NCBI RefSeq assembly: GCF_027921745.1
Contig: NC_079239.1
Span: 2,604,001 to 2,668,000, forward strand
Reading direction: 5' to 3'
DNA: 64,000 nt
Source: Schizosaccharomyces osmophilus
Taxonomy: Eukaryota
The first letter of the stretch is position 1; each line of letters begins with the position of its first letter. The notes beneath the pieces are model-generated. The model ran no database searches. It worked only from the letters and a program-made list of their open reading frames with translations, and was not told where the DNA came from. Below, one piece after another: positions 59,878 to 64,000 of this stretch. Position numbers and translations under genes: made by a program.

Positions 59878-61428
59878 CTAAGAGGTTTGGATATGATTAG
59901 CTAAACCTCGCAATTGTCTTCTAAAACGAAGGAGTGTAGGAATGACATTTCCATCCTCAATTGGCTGTTGATAATAATATTGTAAAAAGGTATTCAAAGC
60001 AGACAAAGCCTCACTTGGAGGCACATAAACACCTCTTTCATCCTCTTCGTCTGTTTCTTGGTCTCTCTCCGGTAAAAATTGCGAGGCTACCTGGTTGACA
60101 ACATCCTCTTTACTGTCGACGACCTCTTCCTCAGCCGGCATTAAATATTCCTCGATTGAGCACATTGGTGGAGGGCAAATTCTCGGTAAAATATTTTCAA
60201 TTTCAGCAATTAGACTGTAAGGAATAACTCGTTTTGGTTTTCCGTTAGTTACAAAAATGCCTGAACGCTGGAAACAGGTGATAATATCTTCGTTTGAAAT
60301 ATCGACGTGCCAAGATTCTATAATCCACTGAAGAGCTTTATAAACAGTAACAGTTTTAAGAGGGTCTTTTTTGGCTTGCATTTCAGTGTACATGTATCTT
60401 GCCCATCGCAGCCGATAGTGTGTTTTAAAGGTCTCCATTATACCACAATCAAATGGATGCGTAATATTTCTAGATTCTGATGATAGAAATGCAACTTTTA
60501 CATGCTTTAAGCTATTGTTGGCATTTCTGATAGCTTCTAAAGCGCATTCATGAGGGGAAAGGTTGTCAAGCAAAAGTAAGACCTTACGACCTTTCATTTT
60601 TTCATCAAACCAGCGTAGCCATTCCTCCATAAGAGAATTAGTAACCCATGCAGTACCATTGGACCGCCATTGCACGTTCATAGCCTCTGGATAAACGTTT
60701 GTCAATCGAAAGGCTTTTGGACGTTTCGAATAGCCAACAACCCAAAGCGGTAAACGTTCTGAAGCATCGGCATTGCAACATAAAGTTATTGTGAATCTAG
60801 CTCGGTAACGCTGGATGCCTAGGACGTTTTCGATAGAAATAGACTTTTGAGGAGTGAGCTTCCAAAAGAGACTGCCCTCGTCCATTACAAAAATATCACT
60901 CGGAGTATAATGCTTGGTAACTTCTTGAATGGGAATTTTGCTGGTGTTGATTACGTCGGCCATTAATGGATCAGGTTCCTTATAAAACTCTGACAATGGG
61001 TGTCTCCTCTTAAACTTCTCTAGCCAGCCATTACTGAAAGACGGAGTTGGGATATTTTGATACTCTGGAATAGTTTTCCAAATATCCAAAGCGGCCAACC
61101 GTAACTGGTCGCAACTAACGGTGCCAGATCGCTTTTCCTCTTGTTGTTGCCATTCGAACAACGCTGACTCCAACGCCGGATATTTTGGTGTACGATTCCG
61201 CTTCAGGTCTCCTCGAATAAAATCTTGACTGTCTAAATATGCATGTTTAGAAGATAAAATTGTTGACACTGTTGACTGAGCAAGTGTTCGACCAAAATGT
61301 TCTTGAAACCAGTCGATAAGATCTTTTTGCGTCGGCTTCTCTGTAAGGCTAAAATAATAATCGCGAAATGCCTTCTTTTCGTCCTGCGTAAGACCCTGTC
61401 TTCGAATTGCCTTTGCTTCCCTTGACAT
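59878..61428 (-). CDS. CENP-B homolog (Abp1/Cbh family, pogo transposase-derived), intronless, 516 aa
   Basis: HTH domains (QSTVSTILSSK, FSNGWLEKFKRRH) and DDE-like domain (MDEGSLFW, LLLDN, HPFDCG); ATG at 61428. Confidence 0.9.
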   Translation of the reverse strand: MSREAKAIRRQGLTQDEKKAFRDYYFSLTEKPTQKDLIDWFQEHFGRTLAQSTVSTILSSKHAYLDSQDFIRGDLKRNRTPKYPALESALFEWQQQEEKRSGTVSCDQLRLAALDIWKTIPEYQNIPTPSFSNGWLEKFKRRHPLSEFYKEPDPLMADVINTSKIPIQEVTKHYTPSDIFVMDEGSLFWKLTPQKSISIENVLGIQRYRARFTITLCCNADASERLPLWVVGYSKRPKAFRLTNVYPEAMNVQWRSNGTAWVTNSLMEEWLRWFDEKMKGRKVLLLLDNLSPHECALEAIRNANNSLKHVKVAFLSSESRNITHPFDCGIMETFKTHYRLRWARYMYTEMQAKKDPLKTVTVYKALQWIIESWHVDISNEDIITCFQRSGIFVTNGKPKRVIPYSLIAEIENILPRICPPPMCSIEEYLMPAEEEVVDSKEDVVNQVASQFLPERDQETDEEDERGVYVPPSEALSALNTFLQYYYQQPIEDGNVIPTLLRFRRQLRGLANHIQTS

Positions 61429-62348
61429 AATTTTTAGTACGAAGTCTGTGGTGATATTGTAGTAAAGGCAAACATCCACTGACTTCCTACTATTAAAGTC
61501 TATAATAGAATATTATTTTAACGAAAATCCAAAGATAATATCGAAGCTGTCAGTAAAACAAAAGTTAGCGCTGAATAAACGAACAAATAAGGATATATAT
61601 TCTTTTCATTTATTTTTAAAGCTATGAGTAACCAAGTGTAAATTTTCTGATGAACAAGTTTCATACGGTCATAGAGCAAGGACGGTCATCTTGCTGCATG
61701 TTTGAAAGATCCTTTGAACAAAATAGCTCAATCAAAGTCCGTTTTCTTGACTAAAAAGATGAGGTAGTAACTCGTTTTTATTACCAGATGAGTATGTGGC
61801 ATCTGATAAATTAGGAGTTCAAGAAATTACACAGATATTTCTGTAAAATGAATACAAACAAGCTGCTCTCACGGGCAAATAAGATGTTTGCTTAAATCTA
61901 TTACTATTAATAAAATAAATTTATAAGTAAGATTATATACTTGCAATTAGCATTTATTCACATGAGAAAAGTATCTATTTGAAAAGCATACATGGTGTTT
62001 GTTTATTACTGTACGCCTAAAGTCGGTTCATTAAGCCTATTTTGTACACGAGTTATGCAACTCAAGGAACTTTGAAAAGTGATTGACGGTCCCTTTTTGT
62101 TTCTCCTTTAATAAAGTTTTTATAAATTGAAAGAGGTACAATATATACATAGCTAAAAGCAATTATCTCGTCTTTGATGGGTTTACCATGGTCCACCTTG
62201 GAATGCATCCTTATAATTTGTTCGGTCACTTAACAAATATTTCCCATCCACAGTGCGCTTCACTACAATACGTTATTTTGCCAAACAGGTCTTATATTCG
62301 CCTTGTGTAATGACTTAGAAAATACCATATTTAAAAACACTAAAAACT

Positions 62349-62860
62349 ATGTCAAAACGTAAGAAAAACTGGGTTGTTTCATTCAATTAACAATTCTTTA
62401 GACCATTCGGATTTGATTTTATGCCGCCGGCAACCTGGAATTACTGTAGGAAAGCGTAAGTGAAAAAGCGCGTCTAAATCGCAGCATGAAGAATGTAACG
62501 TATACGATTCTAACATTTGTTTAGTTTGTGAACGTTGTGATGATAAGTGCCCAATTTGCGACTCTCATGTTCGTCCAACCACACTAGTTCGCATTTGCGA
62601 CGAATGCGCCTTTGGTAGTGCTCAAGATCGCTGCATTATATGTGGTGCACCTGGTGTCTCTGACTGCTATTATTGCGCTGAATGTACGCGTATGGAATAC
62701 GACCGTGATGGGTGTCCAAGAGTAATTAATCTTGGTACAAGTCGTACGGATTGGTTCTATGAAAGAAAAAAGTATGATTTAAAGGTTGCTTTTATGCATT
62801 TTATTAACACAGTATAGATACAAAATGGCAGGGAAAGAAATGCCAGGGCCGATGTACTGA
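62349..62860 (+). CDS. ini1: U2 snRNP PHF5A/Rds3 homolog, 4 exons (62349-62358, 62402-62455, 62525-62771, 62818-62860), 117 aa; not in ORF track
   Basis: Spliced product [39 protein letters not shown]...[12 protein letters not shown]... Confidence 0.93.
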
Positions 62861-63123
62861 TACACCATTTACTTATTGCTTTCTTTTTCACGCTTTCACA
62901 ATTCTAGACTGTTGCATAATTTCCATGAAAGGGTTTTTTTTACTTACGTTTTGGTTTATATTTATTAGTGATACCTTTGATTGAATAAATGTTTGTTTCA
63001 ATGGGCAACTACATCAAATAAACGAGTATCAGATTTTCTATGCTTTTTCATAAATTTTGCTCATTAGTACTATCATAAAACAACTGATTAAACAAAAGTA
63101 AAGGAATTTTAAAAATTTCAAAA

Positions 63124-63996
63124 TCATCTTTCGTGAGATGCTCTTGAGTTTCGTCTCGATAAGTCGGTCATTGGGTCATAGAAACTCTCTTCCATATCGT
63201 GGTGAACCGCATCTTGTCCTCCTGGACTCGGTGAAGGCGAGAAATATTCACGTTCTTCTTCAAAAGGTTGCCAGTAATCGAGACATGTAGTAACAGAGCC
63301 TAGACTAGCGGTATCATCCAAATCATTTCGCTGGTTGCTAATTTGTAACTTCAAAGCATTCATTTTCCTGGGACTGTTCGTATTTGAGTGTAGCTTTCGA
63401 TCATTTGACATATCTTTCTCGTTAGCGTTTTCGACTTCGTTATTTAAATCCTTGTTTTCATGTTTGTCTTTCCACTCCAATTCCTTAAGATCAGATGGTG
63501 TAGGACTGCTAGAAAACACCGAAACAAAAGAACCCTCTTCCTCGGTAATGCTACCTCTTGCTCTTGATTTCGTACTATGGTAATCCTTTCGAGGAGAACA
63601 GGTCTTTTTCATAGACTCGACATGAGAACGAGATTGATCAACTTGAAATTCAAATTCCAAAATTTTTAGCTGCGTCGTAGCCTTCTGCATGTTCAAGTAT
63701 ACTGACTGGATCTTCGTTTCAAATTTTTTGTATGCTTGCAAAATAACAGCTCGTGTTTTTGGTTGCATCGGTGCACACACAGATAGATTTTTGGCGTTTT
63801 TCTGCAAAATCGAAAGCTTTGTTAAATGTTGATTATATTCTTCCTTTAGTTGATCAGTGCGTGTTTTAATGGTGCGTTTACGAGCAAGTTCCATATCTTG
63901 CTCCAGTTGGACTTCAATAGCTGCCAATTCCTGCTCCATATCTTTTGGGTAACATGAGAAATCTCTTCGAGGAAGGTACGAATCAGAGAAAGGCAT
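63124..63996 (-). CDS. Coiled-coil protein of unknown function, possibly 5'-truncated by window edge
   Basis: 290-aa ORF with heptad-rich N-terminal half and Ser/acidic C-terminal half; not recognised. Confidence 0.6.
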   Translation of the reverse strand: MPFSDSYLPRRDFSCYPKDMEQELAAIEVQLEQDMELARKRTIKTRTDQLKEEYNQHLTKLSILQKNAKNLSVCAPMQPKTRAVILQAYKKFETKIQSVYLNMQKATTQLKILEFEFQVDQSRSHVESMKKTCSPRKDYHSTKSRARGSITEEEGSFVSVFSSSPTPSDLKELEWKDKHENKDLNNEVENANEKDMSNDRKLHSNTNSPRKMNALKLQISNQRNDLDDTASLGSVTTCLDYWQPFEEEREYFSPSPSPGGQDAVHHDMEESFYDPMTDLSRRNSRASHER

Positions 63997-64000
63997 GCGC

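Noticed and set aside
1..64000. Prokaryotic systems (CRISPR arrays, operons, defence islands)
   Set aside because: The sequence is eukaryotic, with spliceosomal introns and fission-yeast genes; no spacer-repeat array was seen.

Overview
Eukaryotic, AT-rich fission-yeast DNA (Schizosaccharomyces, most likely the S. octosporus/S. osmophilus/S. cryophilus clade rather than S. pombe). Introns are short, with GTAAGT/GTATGT...CTAAC...YAG signals. From recall, gene order matches S. pombe chromosome I cosmids 4A8-25H1-23H3: myp2, isp6, ptc4, tRNA-Glu, UPF0047, mde5, sqt1, emc1, atp19, pcf3, meu29, mug105, atg101, jmj1, ddr48-like, avl9, gpa2, a conserved fungal protein, a KRE6-like glucosidase, ssr2, tRNA-Cys, gly1, bub3, mrp2, apl6, swd1, a membrane protein, npr2 and ini1. 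Two accessory blocks interrupt this order. (1) Between avl9 and gpa2 lies a meiotic-drive locus that the ORF track mostly misses: wtf pseudogene -> 5S rDNA -> (wag-type gene divergent from an intact 5-exon wtf poison/antidote gene) -> 5S rDNA. The two 5S genes are direct repeats 4040 bp apart and differ by structure-preserving substitutions. (2) Between npr2 and ini1 lies an intronless CENP-B/pogo-transposase-family gene with an intact-looking DDD triad, inside a 14-bp TA-CAGT inverted repeat. Gene names come from my recognition of the protein sequences and synteny; no searches were run.
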